Of a stretch of 64,000 bases of DNA, positions 24,035-34,194 are shown piece after piece. The first letter of the stretch is position 1. Every line of letters begins with the position of its first letter. Below the pieces are notes generated by a model. The model was given only the letters and a program-made list of their open reading frames with translations. It ran no database searches and was not told the origin of the DNA. This DNA comes from an uncultured Gemmatimonadales bacterium (GTDB lineage Bacteria > ARS69): NCBI GenBank assembly GCA_963725045.1, contig CAVRWY010000018.1, forward strand, positions 93,580-157,579, in the 5' to 3' direction. The position numbers and the translations under genes were made by a program.

Positions 24035-25315
24035 TCAGGCCTCGCCGGGCGGGATGATCTTCGGTGTGACGAAGATGATGAGCTCCCGCTCTTCGATGAC
24101 CGTGTTCGTGCTGCGGAACAGGTATCCCAGAAGCGGGATGTCCATGAGGATCGGAACGCCGCGATGCACGTGGCCTTCGTTCGTCCGAATGAGCCCGCCG
24201 ATGACCGCGGTCTCTCCGTCCTTCACGATGACTCGCGTCTCGGCCTGCGACGTCACGATGATGATTCCGCCCTGGACCGTCGCCTGCGCGGAAAGGTCCG
24301 AGACTTCCGGGAAGAGATCGAGCGTCACCCGGCCGTCCTGATTGATGTGCGGCGTGACCTCGAGCTTGATTCCGATCGTGGTGAGCTGGGTGATCGCGTT
24401 GCCGGCTTCGTCGGCGACGACCAGCGGAACCTTCTTGCCCACGATGATCCGCGCCAGCTTGTTGTCGGCCGTGACGATGCGCGGATTCGAGATGATCTTC
24501 GCCTTGCCCTCGGTCTCCAGCATCTGGAGAGTTGCTTCGAAGTCGGCGTCCGTGCCGAACACGCCGAAGCGCACCGTGGCCGAGGGATCGGGAATCGGGT
24601 TCGTGATCGTGATGTCGCCTTCCGCGTCGCCTTCGTTCAGTCCGAGAATCGACCAGTTGATGCCGAGATCGCGGACCGTGCGCGCGTCGACGTCGACGAG
24701 CTTCGCGTTGATCTCCACCTGCGACGTCTTGAAGTCCAGGACGGAGGCCATTTCCTTGATGCGATCGATGCGGTCGCGGATGTCGGTCACGACGATTGCG
24801 TTCGTCCGCTCGTCGGTTCCGAGCTTGCCGCGGCCCGAAAGCAGCGTCTCGAGTGTTTCCTTCATCTCGTCCGCGTTCGCATAGCTCACGCGGATCACTT
24901 CGGTCTCGAGCGGGAGGAAGTCCTCACGCTTGCGCTCCGTGACCTCTTCGTTCAGACGCTCGGCGTTGAGCTTCTCGAACGTGGTCACGCGGATGATGTC
25001 GTTGTCCTGCTCCCATCCGAAACCGTTCGCGCGCAGCACGGTGTCGAGCGCGACCAGCCAGGGCACGTTCTCCAGTTTGAACGTGACCTTTCCCTCGACC
25101 TCCGGGCCGGGAACGATGTTCACGTCCGCGAACTCCGCGAAGGTGCGGAGAACCGACGTGATCTGCGCACCCTGCACGTCGAGCGAGATCGGCGCCATGT
25201 TCGTGGAATCGATGTCGTACTTCACGGCTTCCGCATCGGTCACGCTCCAGGCGAAGGCCGCGAGAACCGCCAGGCCCAGAGCGCTGCTCTTGCGGAAGAA
25301 TTTCAGCCTAGCCAT
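24035..25315 (-). CDS. pilQ: Type IV pilus secretin PilQ (compact, no AMIN domains)
   Basis: Signal peptide, ISLDVQGA N0 domain, DERTNAIVV N-domain, QVEINAKLV, SNPRIVT, GIKLEVTPHI, VKDGETAVIGGL, PLLGYLFR...ELIIFVTPKI. Confidence 0.95.
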   Translation of the reverse strand: MARLKFFRKSSALGLAVLAAFAWSVTDAEAVKYDIDSTNMAPISLDVQGAQITSVLRTFAEFADVNIVPGPEVEGKVTFKLENVPWLVALDTVLRANGFGWEQDNDIIRVTTFEKLNAERLNEEVTERKREDFLPLETEVIRVSYANADEMKETLETLLSGRGKLGTDERTNAIVVTDIRDRIDRIKEMASVLDFKTSQVEINAKLVDVDARTVRDLGINWSILGLNEGDAEGDITITNPIPDPSATVRFGVFGTDADFEATLQMLETEGKAKIISNPRIVTADNKLARIIVGKKVPLVVADEAGNAITQLTTIGIKLEVTPHINQDGRVTLDLFPEVSDLSAQATVQGGIIIVTSQAETRVIVKDGETAVIGGLIRTNEGHVHRGVPILMDIPLLGYLFRSTNTVIEERELIIFVTPKIIPPGEA

Positions 25316-25946
25316 TCTTCACGTCCTTCCTCTCGAGTAGTTCCAGCCGGACCTGGGTCGTGTACCCCAGAATCGTCTGCGACGCGGTGACGGTCGTCGC
25401 TCCGATGCGGAGCACGCGCCCGTTTCTCACCGTATCGCCCTCGCGGAGGATGTAGCTCGTTCCCTCGCCGTCCTCCACGACGCAGAATGTGTCGCCGCTC
25501 CCCGTGACGATCGCGACCAGCTTGACCACGGAGAGATCGACTTTGTCCGAGCGCATGTCACGCTTCTCGGACGAAACGAGCGACACGAACGGATCACGCC
25601 ATCCTTGCGCCTTGTAGGCGGCCATGGTCTGGCGGAGACTCGTCTTTCCCTCGACCGGATCGGTCGAGGGGTACGTGGCGGCGGAGTCGCTCTTGGAGGC
25701 GACCGCCGGATCGGCGAGCGCGGACGGGAGCGCCGCCGGCGCCGTAATCGAAGCGGACGGATCCGCAGACTTGTCGTGAATCGGTGCGGGAGCGCTCATC
25801 GGAACGGTCGCGGCCGCCTTGGACGGCTCGGGCACCGCTTCCTTCTTTTCGCCGGAGTCCGAGCCTCCGGTGAATCCGCGAATCGCGTCGCCCACCTTCG
25901 AGCAACCGCCGAGCGCGAGTCCGGCCAGGATCACGAGCCCGGCCAT
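25308..25946 (-). CDS. pilP: PilP-like lipoprotein
   Basis: Lipobox LGGC, disordered A/P/S linker, YxxxGxRDPF and beta-domain LVAIV...VVED.EG..YILREGD; between pilO and pilQ. Alternative start 25979. Confidence 0.85.
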   Translation of the reverse strand: MAGLVILAGLALGGCSKVGDAIRGFTGGSDSGEKKEAVPEPSKAAATVPMSAPAPIHDKSADPSASITAPAALPSALADPAVASKSDSAATYPSTDPVEGKTSLRQTMAAYKAQGWRDPFVSLVSSEKRDMRSDKVDLSVVKLVAIVTGSGDTFCVVEDGEGTSYILREGDTVRNGRVLRIGATTVTASQTILGYTTQVRLELLERKDVKNG

Positions 25947-25965
25947 CCTTCCCGCGTGACGACGA

Positions 25966-26685
25966 CTAGTGCGCTGCATTGGCCGCTCCCTTCGCTTGCG
26001 CGCCCGAATTCTTGAGCGCGGACGCGCCCGCCGCTCCCTTGGACTTCGTCGCCGGATTGGCCGCCGCGGCTGCCTGCTGAGCCTGCATGCTCGCCCGCTC
26101 CGATTCGGAGAGAAGCGTGTACGCGGACATCTGCAGATCCGCTTCGACGAGCGCCGGAAGGTCGGCGTCGACCGGATTGGGGACGCTCTTCAAGTTCACC
26201 GAGCGCACGTTCACGATGCGCGGCAGATTCGAGATGCGACCGAGGAACGACCCGACGTCGTGATAGCCGCCCTGCACGGTGACAGCGATCGGGTTTTCCA
26301 CGTAGATGTCGCGCGGCTGGCCGGCCTTCGGCTCGAAGAGCACGAAATCGACTCCGGACCTCTGGCCCGCGACAGTCACTTGGGTGAGCAGCTCCGGCAT
26401 CTGCTTCGCTTCGGGCAGGAGCTTCTTCGCGTCGTCCCAAGTCTTGGCGATCGCTTCGAGCTCCGCCTGAACTTTGGGAAGCCGGCTCGCGGACTGCTTC
26501 GCCTTCATCAAGTCGGCGGAGACCTTCTCGTAGTCCTGCTCGAGCTGCACGATCACCTGCGACTTCTGCCGGTAACCGAACGGAAACATTTTGGAGACGA
26601 AGAACACGTATCCGATCGCCAGAGAAGCGAACACGATCGCTCCGGCGATTTGGGTGTTCGGGTCGCGCAAGTCGATCTTCGCCAT
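25966..26685 (-). CDS. pilO: Type IV pilus alignment protein PilO
   Basis: N-terminal TM, coiled coil, LLPEAKQMPELL, VQGGYHDVGSFL...LPRIV. Confidence 0.92.
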   Translation of the reverse strand: MAKIDLRDPNTQIAGAIVFASLAIGYVFFVSKMFPFGYRQKSQVIVQLEQDYEKVSADLMKAKQSASRLPKVQAELEAIAKTWDDAKKLLPEAKQMPELLTQVTVAGQRSGVDFVLFEPKAGQPRDIYVENPIAVTVQGGYHDVGSFLGRISNLPRIVNVRSVNLKSVPNPVDADLPALVEADLQMSAYTLLSESERASMQAQQAAAAANPATKSKGAAGASALKNSGAQAKGAANAAH

Positions 26686-26689
26686 GCCC

Positions 26690-27604
26690 TCAGCCTCCTG
26701 CAGTCTCGCTCGAAGCGGCGGGAGCGGGGGTTTCCGCACCGGCGCCGGAAGGGGACTCGTCCGGTGCCGTTCCAACGGGCGGCGCTGCCGGAATCTGGAT
26801 CACGGGCGGCGCGGCTTGACCGGCGGGATTCGCCGGGCTCACCGCCGATGCACCGACCGCTGCGGGTTTGTCTTCCGATGCGGGCGCGTCGCTGGGTGCG
26901 GGTGCACCGCTCGACGCCGGCGTGCTGCTCGGCGTGGACGCGCTCGCGTCCAGGCCAGCCGCTTTGACCTCGTTCGCCGCGTCTTCCACGGTGGGCAGAT
27001 CGTCGGTCGCCTTGGTGTCGGTGGCCTTCGCCCCCGGCGGCCCGGCGATCGCGACGGCCGTCGTGAGCGTGAAGCCCACGACGCTCTGCTTCTCCACTTC
27101 TTTGCGCTTGGCGACCGAGAGATCCACGTCCTGGAAGACGTTCGATCCCTCGAGATTCGTCATGAGGTCGGAGATCACCAAGTTGGAGAACGCCAGACCG
27201 TCGATGGCCAGCTTGTTTCCCGCGACCTCCTTCACGGAGGTCAGCCACAGATAGTTCGGGACTCGCTTGGCCATCTCGTCGAGCACGGTGACCGTGCGGA
27301 AGCGATTCAGGTCGAGCTGCCGCACGATGTCCAGACGGCGGTTCAGCTCGTTCTCCTTGCGCACCATCTCGTCGATGAGCGCGATCGTCTTCTTGTACTT
27401 CTCCGCTTCGGCGCGAGCCACCGCGACTTCGTGCTCCAGCGACTTCTCGCGGGCACTCTGCAGCATGAGCACGGCCATGCATCCGGTGAGCACCACCGCG
27501 AGCGTCGAGACCGGGATGATCTTCATCTTGTCGAAGACCGGCCCGCCGCTGCCCCGCCGCGCTGCTCTCGCATTCGAATGCGGGAGGAGATTGACGCGAA
27601 TCAT
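26690..27604 (-). CDS. pilN: Type IV pilus alignment protein PilN with long disordered tail
   Basis: MIRVNLLP (INLLP motif), TM, VPNYLWLTSV, DGLA, F...D; A/P/S-rich C-terminus. Confidence 0.92.
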   Translation of the reverse strand: MIRVNLLPHSNARAARRGSGGPVFDKMKIIPVSTLAVVLTGCMAVLMLQSAREKSLEHEVAVARAEAEKYKKTIALIDEMVRKENELNRRLDIVRQLDLNRFRTVTVLDEMAKRVPNYLWLTSVKEVAGNKLAIDGLAFSNLVISDLMTNLEGSNVFQDVDLSVAKRKEVEKQSVVGFTLTTAVAIAGPPGAKATDTKATDDLPTVEDAANEVKAAGLDASASTPSSTPASSGAPAPSDAPASEDKPAAVGASAVSPANPAGQAAPPVIQIPAAPPVGTAPDESPSGAGAETPAPAASSETAGG

Positions 27605-27605
27605 G

Positions 27606-28658
27606 TCACTCGCCTCCCTTCCGCAGAGCGAGGCCCGCCGCCACCATGTAGTGGGGACCTTCCTTCTCCGGATCGGTTTCTCCGAACACTCCCTCGTTCC
27701 ATTCCATTCCGCGGAACGGGCTGCCGATCTCGACCGGCGACCCCTGCCGCTTCTCGATCGCTTCGCGCAGTCCCGGCGCGTAGGCGCTGCCGCCGGTCAG
27801 GCAGATGCGGTCGATGCGATCCGCTTCGCCCGAAGCCTTCAAGTACGAGAGCGACTTCTCGATGCCGACGGCGAGCTCTTCGCCGACCAATCCGACGATC
27901 GACTGCAGATCTTCGAGCCGCTCTTCGCCGGGGTTCTCGAGAATCCGCGAGGCTTCGTCGTAGTCCACGCCGAGGTCCTTCTGCACCGCTTCCAAGATCG
28001 CGTTGCCGGCGAAGGACAGATCGCGCGTGAAGTGCGGCACGCCGTCGCGCACGATGTTCACGTTGGTCACGAAGCAGCCCACGTTGAGAAGGAGCGTGAG
28101 CTGGCCTTCCTGGCTTCCGTAGCCCTGCTCGTAGGCGTTCTGCACGGCGAAGGAGTCCACGTCGATGAGCGTGGGGTTCAGACCCGCGGAGCGCACCAGA
28201 TCGGCGCGTGCCTCCAGCATCTCCTTCTTGGCGGCGACCAGGAGCACGTCCATGCGATCCGGCGAGGAATCGCGGTTCAGCACCTGGAAATCGAGCGAGA
28301 CGTCTTCGATGTCGAAGGGCACGTGCTGCTCGGCTTCCCACTGGATCGCCTCGCGGGCCTCTTCGTCGCTCATCTTGCTCATCTGAATTTTCTTCACGAT
28401 GACCGCGCGGCCGGACACCGCGATGACCACTTCCTTCGTGGAGACACCGTTGGCCTCCATGAGCTCGGCGATCGTGTCCACGACGACGTCACGGTCCATG
28501 ACTTCGCCGTCGACGATCGCTTCCGGAAGGAGCGAGGCGCGCCCGAACTTGAGCAGCGTCGGCTTCGGCCCGGAGTGCCCCACTTCGACGATCTTGATCG
28601 CGCGCGACCCGATGTCGAGCCCGACGGTGCGCTTCGAACTTCTTCCGAACTTGAACAT
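27606..28658 (-). CDS. pilM: Type IV pilus actin-like protein PilM
   Basis: VGLDIGSRAIKIVE, EAEQHVPF, DVLLVAAKKE, IDVDSFA, LTGG, AAGLALR. Confidence 0.95.
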   Translation of the reverse strand: MFKFGRSSKRTVGLDIGSRAIKIVEVGHSGPKPTLLKFGRASLLPEAIVDGEVMDRDVVVDTIAELMEANGVSTKEVVIAVSGRAVIVKKIQMSKMSDEEAREAIQWEAEQHVPFDIEDVSLDFQVLNRDSSPDRMDVLLVAAKKEMLEARADLVRSAGLNPTLIDVDSFAVQNAYEQGYGSQEGQLTLLLNVGCFVTNVNIVRDGVPHFTRDLSFAGNAILEAVQKDLGVDYDEASRILENPGEERLEDLQSIVGLVGEELAVGIEKSLSYLKASGEADRIDRICLTGGSAYAPGLREAIEKRQGSPVEIGSPFRGMEWNEGVFGETDPEKEGPHYMVAAGLALRKGGE

Positions 28659-28711
28659 GTTGGCTTTCACCTCGTGGTCAACTCGGCGATCAATCCGGGC
28701 CGATCCGGGCT

Positions 28712-30238
28712 TCAGGGCCTTCGCTCGTCCAGCTCTCCGGCTAGGAGAGTCACGACGGGCGTGTCGAGCAAGTACGGCGATTCCCCGGCCTCGTGAAAGG
28801 ACTCGCCTCGAACGTTGATCCACAACCGGAGCTCGTCTCCGGCAGCGATCAGATCGTCGTCCCCGTCCGCATCGAGATCCACGAGCGCCATCGCTCGAGG
28901 TGCCCGCGAGAGACTCGCGAGCTTGCGCGGTGCATCCCCCTCGCCCATCGCGAGGATCTCCGCACCGTCGCCGCTCTTCACTGCGGCGAGGACCGCGACG
29001 TTTCCTTCCTTCGCGATCCGGCCGCAGGCGACCCCAGCGAGGGATCCAGCGAACCGGGCCACGGCGAGGCAGGAAATTCCGGGCCTCGCCTGCGTATCGG
29101 CAGTGACCCCCCAGGACTCAAGCATCGCTTGACCTTCTGACGTCGAACCGATGATCAGACGGTCGTGTTTGCGTTCTTTGACACGAAAAGCGACCAGGGA
29201 TTGCACGCGACCCCGCCCGCCGGACGGCGCCGGCAGGCGCAAGGTCGGCGTCCAAATCTCTTCGCGGGGCGCGCGCCCCCAGAGCTGGATCTCGCTGTCG
29301 TCCATCCCGAGGAGCGCGATCGCGATCTCCATGCGTCCGTCGCCGTCGAAATCGCCAACTTCAAGCAACTCCGCCGTCCCGGGGAGCGATTCGACCTGCG
29401 CGGGAATGTCGTCCTCGCCCAGATAGATCTCGAGAGCACGCGCTTCGGTCGCGACCGCGAGGTCCCATGCGCCGTCGCCGTCCAGATCGCAGGGAGCCAC
29501 GTCCACCGGAGTCGCGGTGCACGCGATGCGGCGCAGTACGTTGAATCGGCCGCCGCCGTCGTTCTCCAAGATCACGACCTCGCCGTCCGCTCCGGCGTAA
29601 ACCAGATCGAGGCGCCCGTCCCCGCTCCAGTCGACGGCGCGCGGACGTCCCTGCGGAACCCCGGACGCGATCACTTCCGCGGGGGAAAAGCCCCCGGCGC
29701 CGGTGCCAAGCATGGGAGTCGCGGAGCCCAGCCCATCGAAGAGCACGAGGTCCTTGGCGTTGACTCGCTCGCGCACTCGAATCGAGCCCTTGGTGACCGC
29801 GGCCTCGCGTCCACCCGGCTCGTGCGCGCGAATCTCCCAGCGATGGGTCTCCTCGACGACCCAGGTGTACGTGTCCAGCGTCGCCACCGCGGTCTCGATC
29901 TCTTCGTCGAACGCGCCGTCCTGCGCGCGCATCTCCACGCGCACCTCTTCCTCGCCCTTCGCCGCCGTGAGGACGAGCGTGCAGCCCCCCACGACGCCGC
30001 CCGGCCGCGCCGCCCCGAAGCGCGCCCAAACGTTCACCGCCATCGTCCCGATTCCGATCTCCTGCGGAGACTCCACGTGATCCACCACGAATGGAGCCTT
30101 GGTGCCGGCGGACGCGGCGACGGGAGAGGCGGCCGCAGTGACGGCGGGAGTCATGGCGATGGCGGCCAGAGCCACCATGAAGCGGCGCGCATTCGTCGCC
30201 GCCGCGGACGCGAACGCCGCGCGAAAAGTCGCAATCAT
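28712..30238 (-). CDS. Secreted FG-GAP/VCBS repeat protein
   Basis: Signal-peptide-like N-terminus; repeats [40 protein letters not shown]; ATG overlaps the stop of the response regulator. Confidence 0.8.
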   Translation of the reverse strand: MIATFRAAFASAAATNARRFMVALAAIAMTPAVTAAASPVAASAGTKAPFVVDHVESPQEIGIGTMAVNVWARFGAARPGGVVGGCTLVLTAAKGEEEVRVEMRAQDGAFDEEIETAVATLDTYTWVVEETHRWEIRAHEPGGREAAVTKGSIRVRERVNAKDLVLFDGLGSATPMLGTGAGGFSPAEVIASGVPQGRPRAVDWSGDGRLDLVYAGADGEVVILENDGGGRFNVLRRIACTATPVDVAPCDLDGDGAWDLAVATEARALEIYLGEDDIPAQVESLPGTAELLEVGDFDGDGRMEIAIALLGMDDSEIQLWGRAPREEIWTPTLRLPAPSGGRGRVQSLVAFRVKERKHDRLIIGSTSEGQAMLESWGVTADTQARPGISCLAVARFAGSLAGVACGRIAKEGNVAVLAAVKSGDGAEILAMGEGDAPRKLASLSRAPRAMALVDLDADGDDDLIAAGDELRLWINVRGESFHEAGESPYLLDTPVVTLLAGELDERRP

Positions 30239-31616
30239 TCCAGCTCGTACTCCTTCAATTTGGACCAGAGCGTCTTGTACGAAACGCCGAGACGCCGTGC
30301 GGCTTCGGTCTTGTTGCCCTGCGTTGCCGCGAGCGCCCGCCGGATCGCCTCCTGCTCGGCGCGGCGCTGCGCGCGCCGTCCCACGTCGAGCAGCGATGCC
30401 CCCGCGAGCGCCGGCTCCAGCGCGGCGCTGCCGGGCGCACCGTCGTCGATGCCGCGGACGTGTTCGGCCAGAATCTCCCCGGCGCCGGCGAGGATCGTGG
30501 CGCGCTCGATCGCGTTCTCCAGCTGGCGCACGTTGCCCGGCCATGCGGCCTGCGCGAGCGCTTCTTCGGCGCCGGGCGAGAGCTTCGCGGGCGCGGCTCT
30601 TCCCCATCTTCTTGGAGGCGCGCCAGGCGAACTCGCGCGCCAGCGGCACCACGTCTTCCACGCGATCGCGCAAGGCCGGCATGCGGATCGGGAACACGTT
30701 CAGCCGGTAGTAGAGGTCTTCGCGAAAGCGCCCCTCGCGCACCAGCGCGGCGGGGTCCTTGTTCGTCGCTGCGATCACGCGAATGTCGGCGTGGAGCTCT
30801 TCCGTTCCGCCCACGCGCGCGAACGTGCGCTCCTGGAGCACGCGCAGGAGCTTGGCCTGCAGCTCGCCGGGGAGCTCGGCGATCTCGTCCAGAAAGAGCG
30901 TGCCGCCCTTGGCCAGCTCCACCTTGCCGAGCTTGCGCGCGGTCGCTCCCGTGAACGAGCCCTTCTCCGATCCGAAGAACTCCGACTCCATGAGCTCGCG
31001 CGGAATCGCCGCGCAGTTCACGGAGACGAGCGGTCCTTCCCCGCGTCCCGACCAGCGGTGAATCGCGCGCGCCACCAGCTCTTTCCCCGTGCCGCTCTCG
31101 CCGAGCACAAGCACGGTCGCATCCGAGGCCGCGACCTGGCGCGCTTCGCGGATGACCGCGTGAATCGCGGGGCTTTCGCCGAGAATGCCGCCGGCGTCGT
31201 CGATCTCCGCGGCGCGGCGCGCGGCCGCATCCGCCGCGAGCGGGCGCCGCTCCACCGCGTGGGTGAGCAGCGCTTCCAGCTGATTCGTGTCGAACGGCTT
31301 GGTGACGAAGTCGTAGGCGCCCTGCTTCATCGCTTCGACCGCGATCCCGATCGTGCCGTACGCGCTCATGACCAGCACGGGAATGCGAGGATCGCGGGTC
31401 AGCGCCACACTCAAGAAGCTCGAGGCCCGTGCCGTCGGGGAGCTGCAGATCGGTGAGTAGAATTCCGGGAATCTCTTCCGCGAGCAGGAGCCGGCCGTCC
31501 GCGATCGTCCCGCAGGAGCGCACCGTCCACCCGCGCCGTCGCAGCGTCTCTTCGACCACGACGCGAATCGTCTCGCGGTCTTCCACAAGGACGATCGATT
31601 TCGCGCGTTCGCTCAC
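30235..31616 (-). CDS. NtrC-family sigma54 response regulator, PilR2-like (two frameshifts, near 31410 and 30560)
   Basis: REC domain ([14 protein letters not shown]), AAA+ domain ([31 protein letters not shown]), Fis-type HTH ([18 protein letters not shown]), spread over three frames. Confidence 0.88.
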
Positions 31617-33436
31617 GCCCGTGCTCCCACCGCGGATGCGGCCTCCGCGCTCGGCAGATGGATCGAGAACTCGGTGCCCACGCCGCTGCGGCTGCGCAGC
31701 TGGATGCGCCCGCCGTGATCGGTCACGGTCTTCTGCACGAGTGCGAGACCCAGCCCGATTCCCGTTCCCTTCGTCGAGAAGAAGGGCGCGAACACCTTTT
31801 CGCGATCGGCCTCGGGAATACCGGGGCCGGTGTCGCGGAAGGAGACGCGGACTTCCTCGCTCGGTCCATCGGACGCGCGGGTCGCGATCGTGAGCGTGCC
31901 CCCTGGAGCCATCGCCTCGATCGCGTTCGCCGCCAGGTTCACGAACGCCCCGCGCATGGCCAGCGCATCGGCGAGCACGGGACCCGCCCGCGGGTCCAAT
32001 TCCAGAGTGACGGTGACGCCCGCGGCCTTGGCTTTCTCGCCAAGGGCCTGCTGCACGTCTTCCACCAGGCGGTTCGCGAACACCGGCTCGCGCGAGAAGC
32101 TGGACGGCTTCGCAAACTCCAGAACGCGGCGCACCATCGCGTCCAGCGCGCGCACCTCGTCCAAGATTCCGCGCACAGGCAGCGGCAGCGCGCCTTCCTT
32201 CGCGTCCTCGCGCAGCAGATTCGCGAAGCCCGCAAGTGAATGCAGCGAGTTCTTGATCTCGTGGGCAATGCCGGCCGACATCTCTCCGACCGCGGAGAGC
32301 CGATCCTTGAGCTCCCCGGCCTCGCGCACGCGCCGCGCTTCGGTGAGATCGGTGACGAGAAAAATCCCCCCCGCCGCGAGGCCGGAGCTCCCTGGAAGCA
32401 CGGAGCTGGACACGCCGATCCAGCGCGCCTCCCCACCTGTCCCGGTGCGCGCAATCTCCAGGCGCGTGGCCACGCCGCCGCGCTCCAGGAGGTCGACGCC
32501 GAGCTTCGTCACCGGGTCGTGCTCGCCGAACACCTCGGTAAGCCGGCGCCCGCGCGCGGTACGTCCATCGAACGCGAGCACGCTCTCCGCCGCGCGGTTG
32601 CACAGCGTGATGCGTCCGGCGTCGTCGAACGCGACGATGCCGCTCGAAATCGATTCCACGATCGACGCCGACGTGGTCCGAAAGTGATCGGCGTCGCGGC
32701 TCGCTTCGGTCCATCGCCCGCGATAATCCGTTTCGCTGTCTTTCAGCGAGTGCACGACTTCCTTCATCGTGCCCAAGACCACGTCGACGTCGGACGCCGA
32801 CTCCACGCTCGCGCGCACCCGCGGCGACGGCGCGGAGGCGCCGCCCGGGCGCGCCCAGCGCAGCACCACGAGAATCCCGGTGACGATGATCACACCGGCC
32901 ATGAGCTTTCCGCCGTGGACGAGCACGCGCGCCGTGGCGAGCGCGCCCATGTCGCGCGGGTCGAGGCGTACGAGCGCCGCACCCACGGTCCCTTCGCCCA
33001 CGGCCGGCGCGATCAGCGTCCATCCCCCCGCGGCGTCCAGCTCGGGGCGGCGCGAAGCCAATCCGCCGTCGCGTCCGCGGCGCACCACGCGCACTTGCCG
33101 GGGCACCGCGTCGGGAATTCCCTCGCGGGTCACCTGCGTGAACTTTCGCCCGTCGCGATCGAACAGAACGATCATCGACACCGCGGAAATACGACGCAGC
33201 TCGTCGAGCCGCGCCACCATGGCGGGATCGCCGGGACGTGTGGCGCCGATTTCTTCCGCGGCGGCGAGTGAAAGCGCCGCGGCGGTGCGCAAGCGGTTGG
33301 CGATCTCTTCCTCGAGCGCACTTTGCAGCTTCGCCACCAGCGCGAACGCCAGGAACACGAGCAGAAGAAGACCCACGCATCCGAGAGCGACGGCCGGCGT
33401 TCGCGAGTCGGAAGGGGAAGAGCGCGCAGCGCTCAC
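31613..33436 (-). CDS. PAS-domain sensor histidine kinase, PilS2-like
   Basis: Two TMs, PAS (CNRAAE), HisKA AHEIKNSL, HATPase NAIEAM, DTGPGI, GTGIGLGL. Confidence 0.93.
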   Translation of the reverse strand: MSAARSSPSDSRTPAVALGCVGLLLLVFLAFALVAKLQSALEEEIANRLRTAAALSLAAAEEIGATRPGDPAMVARLDELRRISAVSMIVLFDRDGRKFTQVTREGIPDAVPRQVRVVRRGRDGGLASRRPELDAAGGWTLIAPAVGEGTVGAALVRLDPRDMGALATARVLVHGGKLMAGVIIVTGILVVLRWARPGGASAPSPRVRASVESASDVDVVLGTMKEVVHSLKDSETDYRGRWTEASRDADHFRTTSASIVESISSGIVAFDDAGRITLCNRAAESVLAFDGRTARGRRLTEVFGEHDPVTKLGVDLLERGGVATRLEIARTGTGGEARWIGVSSSVLPGSSGLAAGGIFLVTDLTEARRVREAGELKDRLSAVGEMSAGIAHEIKNSLHSLAGFANLLREDAKEGALPLPVRGILDEVRALDAMVRRVLEFAKPSSFSREPVFANRLVEDVQQALGEKAKAAGVTVTLELDPRAGPVLADALAMRGAFVNLAANAIEAMAPGGTLTIATRASDGPSEEVRVSFRDTGPGIPEADREKVFAPFFSTKGTGIGLGLALVQKTVTDHGGRIQLRSRSGVGTEFSIHLPSAEAASAVGARA

Positions 33437-34194
33437 AGGAACAGGTTCCAGTACCAGGCGATGAGACGCGGTCCGGTGAACAACACCACGACTGCGCCCG
33501 GGGCCAAGAACGTTCCGAACGGAAGCTCGGAGCGCATGCCGAGGCCGCCCCGGCGCATGGTCGCGGCGGCGAAGAGCGTTCCCGCGAGCGATCCCAAGAG
33601 GATCGTGAGAAACGCGCCGGCCGGACCGAGGAACGCGCCCACCATCATCAAGAGCTTCACGTCACCGCCGCCCAGGCCGTCGCGTCCGGTGGCGAGACGA
33701 TAGCCCCAGGCCACGAGGAAGAGGCTGCCGCCGCCGACGAGCGCACCCAGGAACGCCTGCGCGGGAGAAATCGTGACCCCGGTGAACGCGAGCACGAGAG
33801 CCAGCGCGGTGCCGGGCAGCGTGATCGCGTCGGGGATGATCTTGTGATCGAAGTCGATGAACGTGACCGCGACCATCGCGGCCACGAACGCGAGCGCGGG
33901 AAGGAGCGTGGCCACATCGGGAATGGCCACCGCAGTTCCAGCGAAGAGCAGCGCAGTCGACCCTTCCACGATCGGATAGCGCGGGGAGATCGCGCTGCGG
34001 CACCCGCGGCATTTTCCGCGAAGCAGCATCCACGACACCACGGGCACGTTGTCCCAGGGCGCGATGCGCGCACCGCACGACGGACACGCGGACGGCGGCG
34101 CCACGATCGACTGCCGGAGCGGAACGCGGTGGATCACCACGTTCAAGAAGCTGCCGATGACGGCACCGAATGCGCCGGCGACGAGCGCGATCAT
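33433..34194 (-). CDS. pilD: Prepilin peptidase/N-methyltransferase
   Basis: GSFLNVVIHRVP, CPSC...CRGC, IDFDHKIIPD, LGGGDVKL, LPFGTFL. Confidence 0.96.
   Translation of the reverse strand: MIALVAGAFGAVIGSFLNVVIHRVPLRQSIVAPPSACPSCGARIAPWDNVPVVSWMLLRGKCRGCRSAISPRYPIVEGSTALLFAGTAVAIPDVATLLPALAFVAAMVAVTFIDFDHKIIPDAITLPGTALALVLAFTGVTISPAQAFLGALVGGGSLFLVAWGYRLATGRDGLGGGDVKLLMMVGAFLGPAGAFLTILLGSLAGTLFAAATMRRGGLGMRSELPFGTFLAPGAVVVLFTGPRLIAWYWNLFL

Noticed and set aside
28712-31588. Sigma54 activator fused to an FG-GAP domain (958-aa ORF)
   Set aside because: The HTH and stop of the regulator lie in another frame (30235-30531); the FG-GAP gene has its own ATG and signal peptide.
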